This document shows positions 27,108-35,664 of a DNA stretch of 45,008 bases, piece after piece. A program made the position numbers and the translations under genes. The notes under the pieces are model-generated. The model made no database searches. It worked only from the letters and a program-made list of their open reading frames with translations, and was not told the origin of the DNA. Location of the stretch: positions 1 to 45,008 of the forward strand of contig JBJHBY010000002.1 in NCBI GenBank assembly GCA_050485745.1. Reading direction: 5' to 3'. The stretch is from Gammaproteobacteria bacterium. Lineage in GTDB: Bacteria; Pseudomonadota; Gammaproteobacteria; Pseudomonadales; CAMLJR01. Numbering within the stretch: the stretch's first letter is position 1; each line of letters begins with the position of its first letter.

Positions 27108-27113
27108 ACCGCT

Positions 27114-27716
27114 ATGAACTGGACCCGAATCTTTATCGGTGGTGGCCTCGGCCTGCTGGTCACGGTGTCGCTCTTCATTCTGATGCCCACCCTGATCGAG
27201 CTGGCGGATACGTCCCTTGACGAGCGCGAGCGTCGGCGTATCGCGGATATCCACATGCCTCAGCGCCAGATCGAGGATCGCATCGAGGAAGTGAAGCCGG
27301 AGCGCCCCCCTGACGCAGACCAGCCCCCGCCGGATATGCCGCAACCGCAGATGGATGATTTCGATCTGCGCACGGACGGCATCAGCATGGACCCGGGTCG
27401 TTTCGAGCAGCGCATCGATGTGGGTGGCACTGGCCTGGGGCAGGATGGCGAGTACCTGCCGATCGTGCGGGTGGCGCCGATCTATCCGCGTCGCGCCCAG
27501 ACCCGGGGCATCGAGGGTTACTGCACCGTTGAGTTTACGGTGACCACCAGTGGCTCCGTGCGCGACCCGCGCCCGATCGATTGTCAGCCCTCGGGCTACT
27601 TCGAGCGGGCCTCCGTCGATGCCGCACTGAAGTTCAAGTACCGGCCGCGCGTGGTGGACGGCGAGCCCGTCGAAGTCGCCGGCGTCCAGAACCGCTTTAC
27701 CTACGAGCTGGAGTAG
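27114..27716 (+). CDS. tonB: Energy transducer TonB
   Basis: ORF 27114..27716. N-terminal TM anchor, Pro-rich spacer (KPERPPDADQPPPDMPQPQ), C-terminal TonB domain PIYPRRAQTRGIEGYCTVEFTVTTSGSVRD...ALKFKYRP. Confidence 0.9.
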   Translation: MNWTRIFIGGGLGLLVTVSLFILMPTLIELADTSLDERERRRIADIHMPQRQIEDRIEEVKPERPPDADQPPPDMPQPQMDDFDLRTDGISMDPGRFEQRIDVGGTGLGQDGEYLPIVRVAPIYPRRAQTRGIEGYCTVEFTVTTSGSVRDPRPIDCQPSGYFERASVDAALKFKYRPRVVDGEPVEVAGVQNRFTYELE

Positions 27717-27729
27717 CAGAGGTCGGACC

Positions 27730-29082
27730 ATGAGTATCTACGAGCCCAAATCTGCACTGGCCGGCCTGCGGCGCTGGAGCCGCGCTGCACTGGTTGCCAT
27801 GCCCGTGCTGGCGGCCCAGGCCCTGGTGCCCGCTACCTGGCAGGCGCTGACCGGCTCCCAGGTGGCCATGCCCGGTGTCGCCCAGGCCCAGGAGCGCGAA
27901 ATCCGGCGCACGCCGGCGTTGCGCAACCCCGTCTACGAGCGGCTGGCCGAGGCCCAGGCCGCGGCCGAGGAAGAAAAGTATGGCGATGCCATACGTATCC
28001 TCAACGAGTTGCGCGGCCGCACCGGGGCCGCCGCTCTGAACAGCTACGAGCTGGCGAACCTGTACAACATGTATGCGTTCATCCACTACACCCAGGAGGA
28101 CTACGCCCGTGCGCTGGAGTCCTATCGGCAGGTGGTGGCCCAGCCCGATATCCCCATTGCGATGGAGACCAACACCCGCTTCACCATTGCCCAGCTGTTT
28201 TTTGTGCAGGAGCGCTGGCGGGATGGCATTGCCGAGCTGAACAGGTGGTTCGAACTGACGGAGAGCCCAACGGCACAGGCGCACATGCTGCTGGGGCAGG
28301 CCTACTACCAGCTTGAGGATTTCAACCGCTCCCTTGAGAATGTCAACCGTGCCATGGATATGGAGCGGTCCCGCGGGCGGGTGCCGGCGGAATCCTGGTA
28401 CGCACTGCAGCGCTTCCTGTATTTCAACCGCGAGGATTACGCGCGGGTCATCCAGATCCTCGAGGAGATGCTGGTCCACTATCCGAAGAAGGAGTACTGG
28501 GTCCAGCTCTCCCATATGTATGGCGAAACCCGGCAGGAGCGCAAGCAGCTGTCGGCGATGGAAACCGCTTACCGCCAGGGTCTGCTCGATCGCGAAACCG
28601 AGATCACCAACCTGGCGTACCTGATGCTGGCCAATGAGGTGCCCTACAAGGCCGCGAGAGTGCTCGAACAGGGCATGAAGGACGGCGTGGTGCAGCGCAA
28701 CGCCCGCAACCTCGAGCTGCTGGGCAACGCCTGGCGTGCCTCCCAGGAGCTCAGGCGTTCGATCCCGGTCATGGAAGAAGCGGCCCGCCGTTCCGATGAG
28801 GGTGAGATCTGGGCGCGGCTGGCGAATATCTACGTCGACAACGAAGAGTTCGACAAGGCCATTGAGGCAGCGCGCGAGGCCCTGCGCAAGGGCGGAGTGC
28901 GCCGCCCCGACTCCACGCAGCTGGTGCTCGGCATGGCGCTGTTCAACACCCAGCAGTATGATGCGGCCCGCAGGGCTTTCCGTGAGGCGGCCAGGGACAA
29001 TCGTTCCAGAACTCACGCGGAACAATGGCTGAACTATATGGAAACCGAGATCGAGCGGCAGCGCAGCCTGCGCGAGGTCTGA
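27730..29082 (+). CDS. Periplasmic TPR-repeat protein, last gene of the TonB2-type cluster (TtpD-like)
   Basis: ORF 27730..29082, 450 aa. Signal-peptide-like N-terminus, then repeated TPR-like A/Y/L patterns (YGDAIRILNEL, YARALESYRQV, LLGQAYYQLEDFNRSLENVNRAM, FDKAIEAAREALRKG). Confidence 0.75.
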   Translation: MSIYEPKSALAGLRRWSRAALVAMPVLAAQALVPATWQALTGSQVAMPGVAQAQEREIRRTPALRNPVYERLAEAQAAAEEEKYGDAIRILNELRGRTGAAALNSYELANLYNMYAFIHYTQEDYARALESYRQVVAQPDIPIAMETNTRFTIAQLFFVQERWRDGIAELNRWFELTESPTAQAHMLLGQAYYQLEDFNRSLENVNRAMDMERSRGRVPAESWYALQRFLYFNREDYARVIQILEEMLVHYPKKEYWVQLSHMYGETRQERKQLSAMETAYRQGLLDRETEITNLAYLMLANEVPYKAARVLEQGMKDGVVQRNARNLELLGNAWRASQELRRSIPVMEEAARRSDEGEIWARLANIYVDNEEFDKAIEAAREALRKGGVRRPDSTQLVLGMALFNTQQYDAARRAFREAARDNRSRTHAEQWLNYMETEIERQRSLREV

Positions 29083-29115
29083 TGGTTGCGACCGCTTCAG
29101 GGCGGTTGATCAACA

Positions 29116-29144
29116 GGGGTGCCCCACCAGGGCGCCCCTTTTTT
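29116..29144 (+). terminator. Intrinsic terminator of the TonB2-type operon
   Basis: GGGGTGCCC-cacca-GGGCGCCCC (9-bp stem with one G-U pair) followed by TTTTTT (29139-29144), 34 nt after the stop at 29082. Confidence 0.8.
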
Positions 29145-29160
29145 GTGGGCTCCTGGTTCT

Positions 29161-30213
29161 TCAGTCGCCTTCCCGGCCGCCTTCGCGCAATTCCTGGTAG
29201 CGGGCCAAAAAACGTCTTGCGCGTTCGATGCGTTCCGCCAGGGCGGGTTCGGCGCGCAGCGTCCAGGCACGCTCCCAGTGCGCCAGAGCCTGCTCGATAT
29301 GACCACTGGCATAGAGCTGATCGCCCCGCTCCAGGTCAGCCTGGTAATGGTGTGCCATGGCTGTCTCCAGGGCGTGTCGTTCCTCTCGTACTTGCTCATC
29401 CTCGAGAATATCCGCGGCCCGCTGCAATGCTTCCCCCGCCAGCGCGAATTCTCCTGCTTCCCGGGCATTGCGCGCACTTGCCAGAGCCTGTTCCTGGCGT
29501 TGCCGGCGCTGTTCGGCCAGGGCCTGGCGTTGCTGGGCGACACGCCTGGCCAGCTGTCGACGTGCGGACTCCAGTGATGCGGCAACATCACCACCCGGCT
29601 GCAGGGCTTCGGCGAGCTCCAGCGTGGCGATGGCGGCGGTCAGCTGCCCCGCCTGCAGTTTTCCGGCGCCGGCTTCCGCCAGCGCCATGGCGAGCGTGCG
29701 TCGCTCCTCCTGCAGGGCTTCACTCCTCGCCAGCAAAAGGGCGTTGTCATAGCCCGCGGCTACGGCATCCCGCAGGGCATTTTGCTCTGCCAGCAGGTGT
29801 CTTGCTCGCAGGATCCGGTATGCCAGCAGGCTGGCCGCGGCGGCGCGCTCCTGCTCGTCGTTGAAGTGCGAACGGAGCCGTGCCAGGCGGTCGCTGTCAG
29901 GGAGTTGAAGCTCCTCCTGCTGGAGCCGGGATGCGGCCTCGCCCCAGCGCCGCTCAGCCATCAGGGCATTGACGGCCTGCTCCAGTGCATCCTCCCGGGC
30001 TCTGGATTGCGCCATAAGCTCTGCACGCCGTTCCGCGAAATCCTGTCGTCGCGGGTCGTCTGCGGGCAAGGCATCGACTGCAGCCAGCGCCGCGCGCAAG
30101 TCGCCGCGGCCAACCAGATCATCCAGCTGCGTTTCCAGCGGCGTCGGTGCGAGATGACTGCAGGCGCTGACGACCAGTGTTGCAAGCAGACTGAGAACGC
30201 GCAGTGCCTTCAT
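29161..30213 (-). CDS. Predicted lipoprotein, all-helical Ala/Arg/Glu/Leu-rich with a TPR-like C-terminus; function unknown
   Basis: ORF 29161..30441(-), trimmed to the ATG at 30213 (MKALRVLSLLATLVVSACSH, signal peptide plus lipobox). The upstream part of the ORF is out-of-context Arg/Pro junk overlapping the cyclase gene. The ATG overlaps the cyclase TGA (ATGA at 30210-30213). Confidence 0.7.
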   Translation of the reverse strand: MKALRVLSLLATLVVSACSHLAPTPLETQLDDLVGRGDLRAALAAVDALPADDPRRQDFAERRAELMAQSRAREDALEQAVNALMAERRWGEAASRLQQEELQLPDSDRLARLRSHFNDEQERAAAASLLAYRILRARHLLAEQNALRDAVAAGYDNALLLARSEALQEERRTLAMALAEAGAGKLQAGQLTAAIATLELAEALQPGGDVAASLESARRQLARRVAQQRQALAEQRRQRQEQALASARNAREAGEFALAGEALQRAADILEDEQVREERHALETAMAHHYQADLERGDQLYASGHIEQALAHWERAWTLRAEPALAERIERARRFLARYQELREGGREGD

Positions 30214-31604
30214 GGGGAGCTTTTCCCCGAGTATTGGGCCTGCACCACATCGTCGATCAACTGGTCGATGACAATCGGGTGGCGAAAGTCGATATCGGCG
30301 ACGGCATGAATGGTCACGGGCTGCTGCTTGCCGCGCAGCCGGATGCGGCGTTCCGATTCCACGCGCAGGCGATGCTCGGCGCTCAGGCTGCGGTAGAGGG
30401 AATCCTCGATGATGATCTGCGAGCCGTTGGCTTCGTTGCACAGCCGCGATGCCAGGTTCACCGCATCCCCGACAACGGTGTACTCGAGCCGTTGCGCGGA
30501 TCCGACCATGCCGGCCAGCATCTCGCCGCTGTTGAGGCCGATGCGCAGGGTGACTTCCTCGAGCCCGAGGCGGCGACGCTCCACGTTGAGACGCTTCGCC
30601 AGACGCTGCATCAGTACCGCGCAGGCGACCGCATGGTAGCGATGGCGTGGATCGGGCCGTGGCGCGCCGAACACGATCATGACCGCATCGCCAATGAACT
30701 TGTCGACGGTGCCGAAAAAGAAGCGTGAACAGATGTTGAAGTAGTGGAAGTACTCGTTGAGGAACTGGCTGACTTCCTCCGGGCTGAGCTTTTCCGACAT
30801 GGCGGTAAAACCGACGATATCCGCGAACATCACGGTGGCCTCGACCCGGTCGCCGCCGAGCCGCACCGGTTCCATGCAGGCCAGCAGCTGGCCCGCGACA
30901 TCGCGATCAAGAAATTGCCGCACCAGATCCTCGACCTGGGCCTTGCGGACCAGCCCATCGCCCAGCTTGTTGACCACGTCGATCAGCTGGCCGAACTCAT
31001 CATCCCGGCGTTCGGTGATCTGGGTGTAGCGCCCCTGCTGCAGGAGCCGGGTCGCATCCATCAAGGTGTGAATGGGGCGTGCCAGGCGCCGTCCGAGCAC
31101 GATTGCCACCGCGCTCAGCAACAGGCAGAGCAGGGCGGCCAGCATCAGGCTGGAGCCGAGGATCTCCCGTTGGGCGGCGCGAATCGGCTGGTCGGACAGG
31201 GCCAGCAAGACGTGCCCACCCACCGCGTCCTGGAAGCTGATCGGCGCCTCGATGAGGATGACACCCTCACCATCCGCCGGCAGTGTGCCGCCGAAGCTCA
31301 GACGCTCGCCATGGTGGTTGTGGATGGCGGCCGCGCTTACTACCGGGCTCTCGGCAAAGCGCCGCACCAGGGCATCGAGCTCGAACTGGCGATCCGTGAA
31401 CAGGGGTTCAGTGCTGGCCAGGGCCAGCTGCTGGGCCAGCAGGTGCCCGGTCTCATTGATCTGGGCCCGGAGCAGGCCACTCTGGCTGCGGATGTTGTGG
31501 GTGGCGAGAAGGGACATGCCCAGCACTACGATCAGGGTGATGCTGGCGGCCAGTCGGACGGCGACCGAGCGGTGCAGGGTCGTTTGGCGAAGTGCCTTCA
31601 ACAT
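30210..31604 (-). CDS. Membrane-bound class III adenylate/guanylate cyclase with periplasmic sensor domain and HAMP linker
   Basis: ORF 30210..31604(-), 464 aa. TM1 (AASITLIVVLGMSLLA), a periplasmic segment of about 115 aa, TM2 (LMLAALLCLLLSAVAIVLG), HAMP (RRLARPIHTLMDAT...DEFGQLIDVVNKLGDGL). Cyclase core: EATVMFADIVGFTAMSE, DKFIGDAVMIVFGAP, RIGLNSGEMLAGMVGS...YTVVGDAVNLASRL. Confidence 0.88.
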   Translation of the reverse strand: MLKALRQTTLHRSVAVRLAASITLIVVLGMSLLATHNIRSQSGLLRAQINETGHLLAQQLALASTEPLFTDRQFELDALVRRFAESPVVSAAAIHNHHGERLSFGGTLPADGEGVILIEAPISFQDAVGGHVLLALSDQPIRAAQREILGSSLMLAALLCLLLSAVAIVLGRRLARPIHTLMDATRLLQQGRYTQITERRDDEFGQLIDVVNKLGDGLVRKAQVEDLVRQFLDRDVAGQLLACMEPVRLGGDRVEATVMFADIVGFTAMSEKLSPEEVSQFLNEYFHYFNICSRFFFGTVDKFIGDAVMIVFGAPRPDPRHRYHAVACAVLMQRLAKRLNVERRRLGLEEVTLRIGLNSGEMLAGMVGSAQRLEYTVVGDAVNLASRLCNEANGSQIIIEDSLYRSLSAEHRLRVESERRIRLRGKQQPVTIHAVADIDFRHPIVIDQLIDDVVQAQYSGKSSP

Positions 31605-31721
31605 GCCGGCGGCCGCTTGCAGGTGGACTCGGGCCGGCGCTGCCGGCCCGGAAGAGTATAGCGGGGTGAGGCTGTGACCGCCTCGACCGGGTCACAGATT
31701 GTCGGTCTGCCATTAACCAGG

Positions 31722-31755
31722 CAATCAAATAGATCGTCCCGATCTATTTTGATTG
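31722..31755. repeat. AT-rich near-perfect palindrome (operator-like or bidirectional terminator-like)
   Basis: CAATCAAATAGATCG-tcc-CGATCTATTTTGATTG: 15/16-nt arms with one extra T and a 3-nt loop. Located in the ilvD/cyclase intergenic region. Confidence 0.6.
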
Positions 31756-31850
31756 TCGCCCCTGAAATACTGGCGCAATTGCGCGGAATTGTTGGTACTT
31801 CAAGGGCTCGCGACCGGGTTTCGCCCGGCGGCGGCACCTCCCCGTGCCGG

Positions 31851-31882
31851 ATTAACCCGACAATATTCATTGCCGGGTTAAT
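31851..31882 (-). terminator. Hairpin just downstream of the ilvD stop (possible terminator, no clear U-tract)
   Basis: ATTAACCCG (31851-31859) pairs with CGGGTTAAT (31874-31882), giving a 9-bp stem and a 14-nt AT-rich loop. Lies 18 nt beyond the ilvD stop at 31900. Confidence 0.35.
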
Positions 31883-31899
31883 AGTGAGGTTGGCCCGCC

Positions 31900-33750
31900 T
31901 CACTCGTCTCCGAGGCGGGACAGGTCGCGCACGGCGCCCCGGTCGGCACTGGTCGCCAGCCAGGCATAGGCCTTGAGTGCGGTGCTGACCCTGCGCTCGC
32001 GCGGTGCCGCCGGTTTCCAGGCGTCCTTGCCGCGAGCCTGCATGGCCTCGCGTCGGGCGGCGAGTTCCGCGTCACCGATGGCGATATTGATGCTGCGTGC
32101 CGGAATATCGATGTGGATGATATCGCCTTCCTCGACCAGCGCGATGTTGCCGCCACTGGCGGCCTCGGGGGAGACGTGCCCGATCGACAGCCCCGAGGTG
32201 CCACCGGAAAAGCGCCCGTCGGTGATCAGCGCGCAGGCCTTGCCCAGCCCCTTGGACTTCAGGTAGCTGGTCGGGTAGAGCATTTCCTGCATGCCGGGTC
32301 CGCCGCGGGGCCCTTCGTAGCGGATGATGACCACGTCACCGGGCTCGATGTGGTCGTTCAGGATACCCTGCACCGCGCTGTCCTGGCTCTCGAACACACG
32401 CGCACGCCCTTCGAAGACCAGGGAGGATTCGTCGACGCCGGCGGTTTTCACCACACAGCCGTCCTCCGCCAGGTTGCCGTAAAGCACGGCCAGGCCGCCC
32501 TCCTGCGAAAAGGCATGAGCCAGGTCGCGGATACAGCCCTCGGCGCGGTCCCCATCCAGGCTGGGCCAGCGCGCCGCCTGGCTGAAGGCGACCTGGGTGG
32601 GTACGCCGCCGGGCCCGGCACGGTAGAACTGCGCGACCGCCTCGTCCTTGCTGCGGATGATGTCCCAGCGGCTCAGGGCGTCTGCGAGGCTGGCGCTGTG
32701 TACCGTCGGCAGTTGCGTGTGCAGCAGTCCGGCGCGATCCAGTTCGCCCAGAATGCCCATGATGCCGCCGGCCCGATGCACATCCTCGATGTGGTACTTC
32801 TGGGTGTTGGGTGCGACCTTGCACAGCTGCGGCACATGCCGCGACAGGCGGTCGATATCCTGCATGCCGAAGTCGATACCACCCTCCTGGGCCATGGCCA
32901 GCAGGTGCAGGATGGTATTGGTGGATCCGCCCATGGCGATATCCAGGGTCATTGCGTTCTCGAAGGCCTCGCGGCAGGCAATGTTGCGCGGCAACACGCT
33001 GGCATCGTCCTGCTCGTAGTAGCGGCGGGCCAGGTCCACGATCAGGTGGCCGGCTTCCTCGAACAGGCGGCGGCGGTCGGCATGAGTGGCGACCACGGTG
33101 CCGTTGCCGGGCAGGGCCAGGCCGATAGCCTCGGCCAGGCAGTTCATCGAGTTGGCGGTGAACATGCCGGAGCAGGAACCACAGGTGGGGCAGGCGCTGC
33201 GTTCGACTTCGGCCAGGCGCTCGTCATCGACGCTGTCGTCCGCCGCCATCACCATGGCATCGACCAGGTCCAGGCCATGGTCGATCAGTTTGGTTTTGCC
33301 TGCCTCCATGGGGCCGCCGGACACGAATACCACGGGGATATTCAGACGCAGGGCCGCCATCAGCATGCCGGGGGTGATCTTGTCACAGTTGGAGATGCAG
33401 ACGATGGCGTCGGCGCAATGGGCGTTGACCATGTATTCGACGCTGTCGGCGATCAGGTCGCGACTCGGCAGCGAGTACAGCATACCGTCGTGGCCCATGG
33501 CGATGCCATCGTCCACGGCGATGGTGTTGAACTCCTTGGCCACGCCGCCGGCCTTTTCGATCTCCCGCGCGACCAACTGGCCCATGTCCTTCAGGTGGAC
33601 GTGGCCGGGCACGAACTGGGTGAAGGAGTTGGCCACGGCGATGATCGGCTTCTGGAAGTCTTCATCTTTCATGCCGGTGGCGCGCCACAGGGCGCGGGCG
33701 CCGGCCATATTGCGGCCGGCGGTGGTGGTGCGGGAACGGTACTGGGGCAT
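31900..33750 (-). CDS. ilvD: Dihydroxy-acid dehydratase
   Basis: ORF 31900..33750(-), 616 aa. [85 protein letters not shown] is the unmistakable IlvD signature. Confidence 0.95.
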   Translation of the reverse strand: MPQYRSRTTTAGRNMAGARALWRATGMKDEDFQKPIIAVANSFTQFVPGHVHLKDMGQLVAREIEKAGGVAKEFNTIAVDDGIAMGHDGMLYSLPSRDLIADSVEYMVNAHCADAIVCISNCDKITPGMLMAALRLNIPVVFVSGGPMEAGKTKLIDHGLDLVDAMVMAADDSVDDERLAEVERSACPTCGSCSGMFTANSMNCLAEAIGLALPGNGTVVATHADRRRLFEEAGHLIVDLARRYYEQDDASVLPRNIACREAFENAMTLDIAMGGSTNTILHLLAMAQEGGIDFGMQDIDRLSRHVPQLCKVAPNTQKYHIEDVHRAGGIMGILGELDRAGLLHTQLPTVHSASLADALSRWDIIRSKDEAVAQFYRAGPGGVPTQVAFSQAARWPSLDGDRAEGCIRDLAHAFSQEGGLAVLYGNLAEDGCVVKTAGVDESSLVFEGRARVFESQDSAVQGILNDHIEPGDVVIIRYEGPRGGPGMQEMLYPTSYLKSKGLGKACALITDGRFSGGTSGLSIGHVSPEAASGGNIALVEEGDIIHIDIPARSINIAIGDAELAARREAMQARGKDAWKPAAPRERRVSTALKAYAWLATSADRGAVRDLSRLGDE

Positions 33751-33827
33751 TGCCGGATTCTGCCTGTCTGACGGGAATCAAGGGCCGAAGAATACCACAG
33801 CCCGCGCCGGCGATTGCGGCGGTGAGT

Positions 33828-34304
33828 TCAGGTCATTTCGGTTTCCAGGGGAGGTTTCTCGAAGTACAGGTAGTCGTTCTTCATGCGGCTCAGCTTCCAG
33901 CCGTCGGCCTGCAGCCGATACTCCTCGAAATACTGCACCTGGATGCGTCGCGCCGGGCCTTCGTGCACGGGCAGGGAGCCGACCTGAACCATCCAGCGCC
34001 CCCTGGCCGTGCCGTCGTTGCCGATCTCCAGCAGCGGGTTGGAGCCGCTGGGGATCTGCCGCAGCAGATTGTCGCTACCCAGCAGCTGCACGAAGAAAGC
34101 GTGGATGGCCGGCTTGCCCTTCAACACGATATCGAAGCCGTACTCCAGTTCGGCGTCCTCGGCGAAGCAGCTGACCAGGCGCTCCACGTCCTTGTCGAGG
34201 ATGCTGTACCAGTAGGTATGCCGCAGATCCTTGATGGCTTCCCGGTGCCGCAGCTGTTGCAGTTCCTGCTCCAGCGCTGCCAGGCGTTGTTCGAGATTGG
34301 ACAT
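33828..34304 (-). CDS. Nuclear transport factor 2 (SnoaL-like) family protein
   Basis: ORF 33828..34394(-), trimmed to the ATG at 34304 (AAGGAG 7 nt upstream). The N-terminal helix LEQRLAALEQELQQLRHREAIKDLRHTYWYSILDKD followed by a beta-rich core is typical of SnoaL_4-type NTF2 proteins. Confidence 0.7.
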   Translation of the reverse strand: MSNLEQRLAALEQELQQLRHREAIKDLRHTYWYSILDKDVERLVSCFAEDAELEYGFDIVLKGKPAIHAFFVQLLGSDNLLRQIPSGSNPLLEIGNDGTARGRWMVQVGSLPVHEGPARRIQVQYFEEYRLQADGWKLSRMKNDYLYFEKPPLETEMT

Positions 34305-34572
34305 GGTGCTCTCCTTGAAGGTAGTGGGTCCCGGTGGGGGCATGAGCCGCATCGGGAGTGGTATTCGGGTTCCGGCAACCGATCCGAAAAGCATTTCAGG
34401 TGCAATGTAAAAGAATGGCAGTGTCTCAGGTTTGATACAAGCCCGCGGCTGGATGCGTGGTGCAGCTCCGCAGACTCGCCGCGGCTACCCGCGAGACCTG
34501 CTAACCCGATTGCCTTGACCGGGCGTACCATGGCCTTTGGTATCGGTCATCTGATCGGAAGGAGGAGGGTGC

Positions 34573-35655
34573 ATGAAGCGAGTGGTGGTATGGGGCAGTG
34601 GCAATGTCGGTCGGCCCGCGATCCGGGCCGTGCTGGCCCACCGGGACCTCGAACTGGCCGGGGTGATCGTTTCCAGTGACGATAAATGCGGGCGCGATGT
34701 CGGCGAACTGGTTGGCTTGCCACCCACCGGTGTGTCTGCCAGCCGTGACTGGCGCGGCGTGCTCGCGTCGGGCGACGTGGATGCCGTGGTCTACGCCGCG
34801 ACCGCGGATACCCGGCCCCAGGCCGCCTATGGTGAACTGCTGGCCTGCCTGCAGGCCGGAGTGAACGTGGTGTCCGCGTCGTTCTATCCGCTGCTTTACC
34901 CTGCCACGGCACCGGATGCCCTGCGCGAGCTGGTCGATGCGGCCTGTGCCCGGGGGCGCAGCTCCCTGTTCATCTCCGGCGTCGACCCGGGCTGGGCCAT
35001 GGATATCCTGCCGATTCTGCTCAGCGGCGTGGTCGCCGACATCCGCGAGGTGCGAGCCCGCGAGATCTTCGATTACAGCCTGTACGACGCCCCCGCGGTG
35101 GTGCGTGATGTGATCGGTTTTGGCGGCAGCATGGAGGAACTGCCGGTGATGCTGCAGGATCAGTCCCTGCAAACCGTCTGGGGGCCGATGGTGCGCCTGA
35201 TGGGCGACGCCCTGGATTCACCGGTGGACACGGTGCAGACCCGGGTTGAGCGCAGGCCGCTGCAGTGGTCGGTCGACGTGGGTGGTATGGGTCGCTTCGA
35301 GGCGGGTACCCAGGGTGCATTCCGTTTTGAGGTCATCGGGCTGTGCGCGGGCCAGCCGCGCTTTGTGGTGGAGCACATTACCCGCATCCACCCCGACGTG
35401 GCACCGGACTGGCCAGTGCCGGCGGAGGGGGGTGGCTGTCACCAGGTGCTGATCAGCGGCAGTCCGGACCTGAGCGTCAGCCTGCACGCCCACGATGCCC
35501 GTGAACACGGTGCGGCCGCAGGCGGCAACGCCACCGCGGCGAATCGCCTGGTCAATGCCATTCCTGCGGTCTGCGATGCGGCGCCGGGCGTGCTGACACC
35601 GCTGGATCTGCCCGCGATCAACGGTGCGGCGCAACTGCGCCGCGGGGTACCCTGA
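34573..35655 (+). CDS. NAD(P)-binding DapB-like oxidoreductase (dihydrodipicolinate reductase N-domain / amine dehydrogenase-like family)
   Basis: ORF 34573..35655. Rossmann N-terminus MKRVVVWGSGNVGRPAIRAVLAHRDLELAGVIVSS, strong RBS GGAAGGAGGAG upstream, 360 aa as in the 2,4-diaminopentanoate-dehydrogenase-like group. Confidence 0.65.
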   Translation: MKRVVVWGSGNVGRPAIRAVLAHRDLELAGVIVSSDDKCGRDVGELVGLPPTGVSASRDWRGVLASGDVDAVVYAATADTRPQAAYGELLACLQAGVNVVSASFYPLLYPATAPDALRELVDAACARGRSSLFISGVDPGWAMDILPILLSGVVADIREVRAREIFDYSLYDAPAVVRDVIGFGGSMEELPVMLQDQSLQTVWGPMVRLMGDALDSPVDTVQTRVERRPLQWSVDVGGMGRFEAGTQGAFRFEVIGLCAGQPRFVVEHITRIHPDVAPDWPVPAEGGGCHQVLISGSPDLSVSLHAHDAREHGAAAGGNATAANRLVNAIPAVCDAAPGVLTPLDLPAINGAAQLRRGVP

Positions 35656-35664
35656 GGTCGCTGT

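Noticed and set aside
29161-30441. Full 426-aa version of the lipoprotein ORF. Similar long N-terminal extensions occur in ORFs 43017..44519, 18904..19749, 13769..14563, 39934..40599, 33828..34394 and 2781..4046.
   Set aside because: The extensions are Arg/Pro/Gly-rich, overlap neighbouring genes or the 6S RNA, and precede internal ATG/GTG codons that restore canonical N-termini (signal peptides, GxGxxG folds, family-typical starts).
32113-33771. 552-aa plus-strand ORF antisense to ilvD. The same class includes 2844..4139, 5509..6543, 7298..8275, 10047..11033, 10946..12286, 14722..15903, 17471..18769, 22138..23037, 27697..29025, 30744..31661, 36046..36690, 38391..39698 and 43104..44438.
   Set aside because: All of these mirror confidently identified genes on the opposite strand, have Ala/Gly/Arg/Asp/His-rich low-information sequences, and lack start-site context. 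This is typical of GC-rich genomes.
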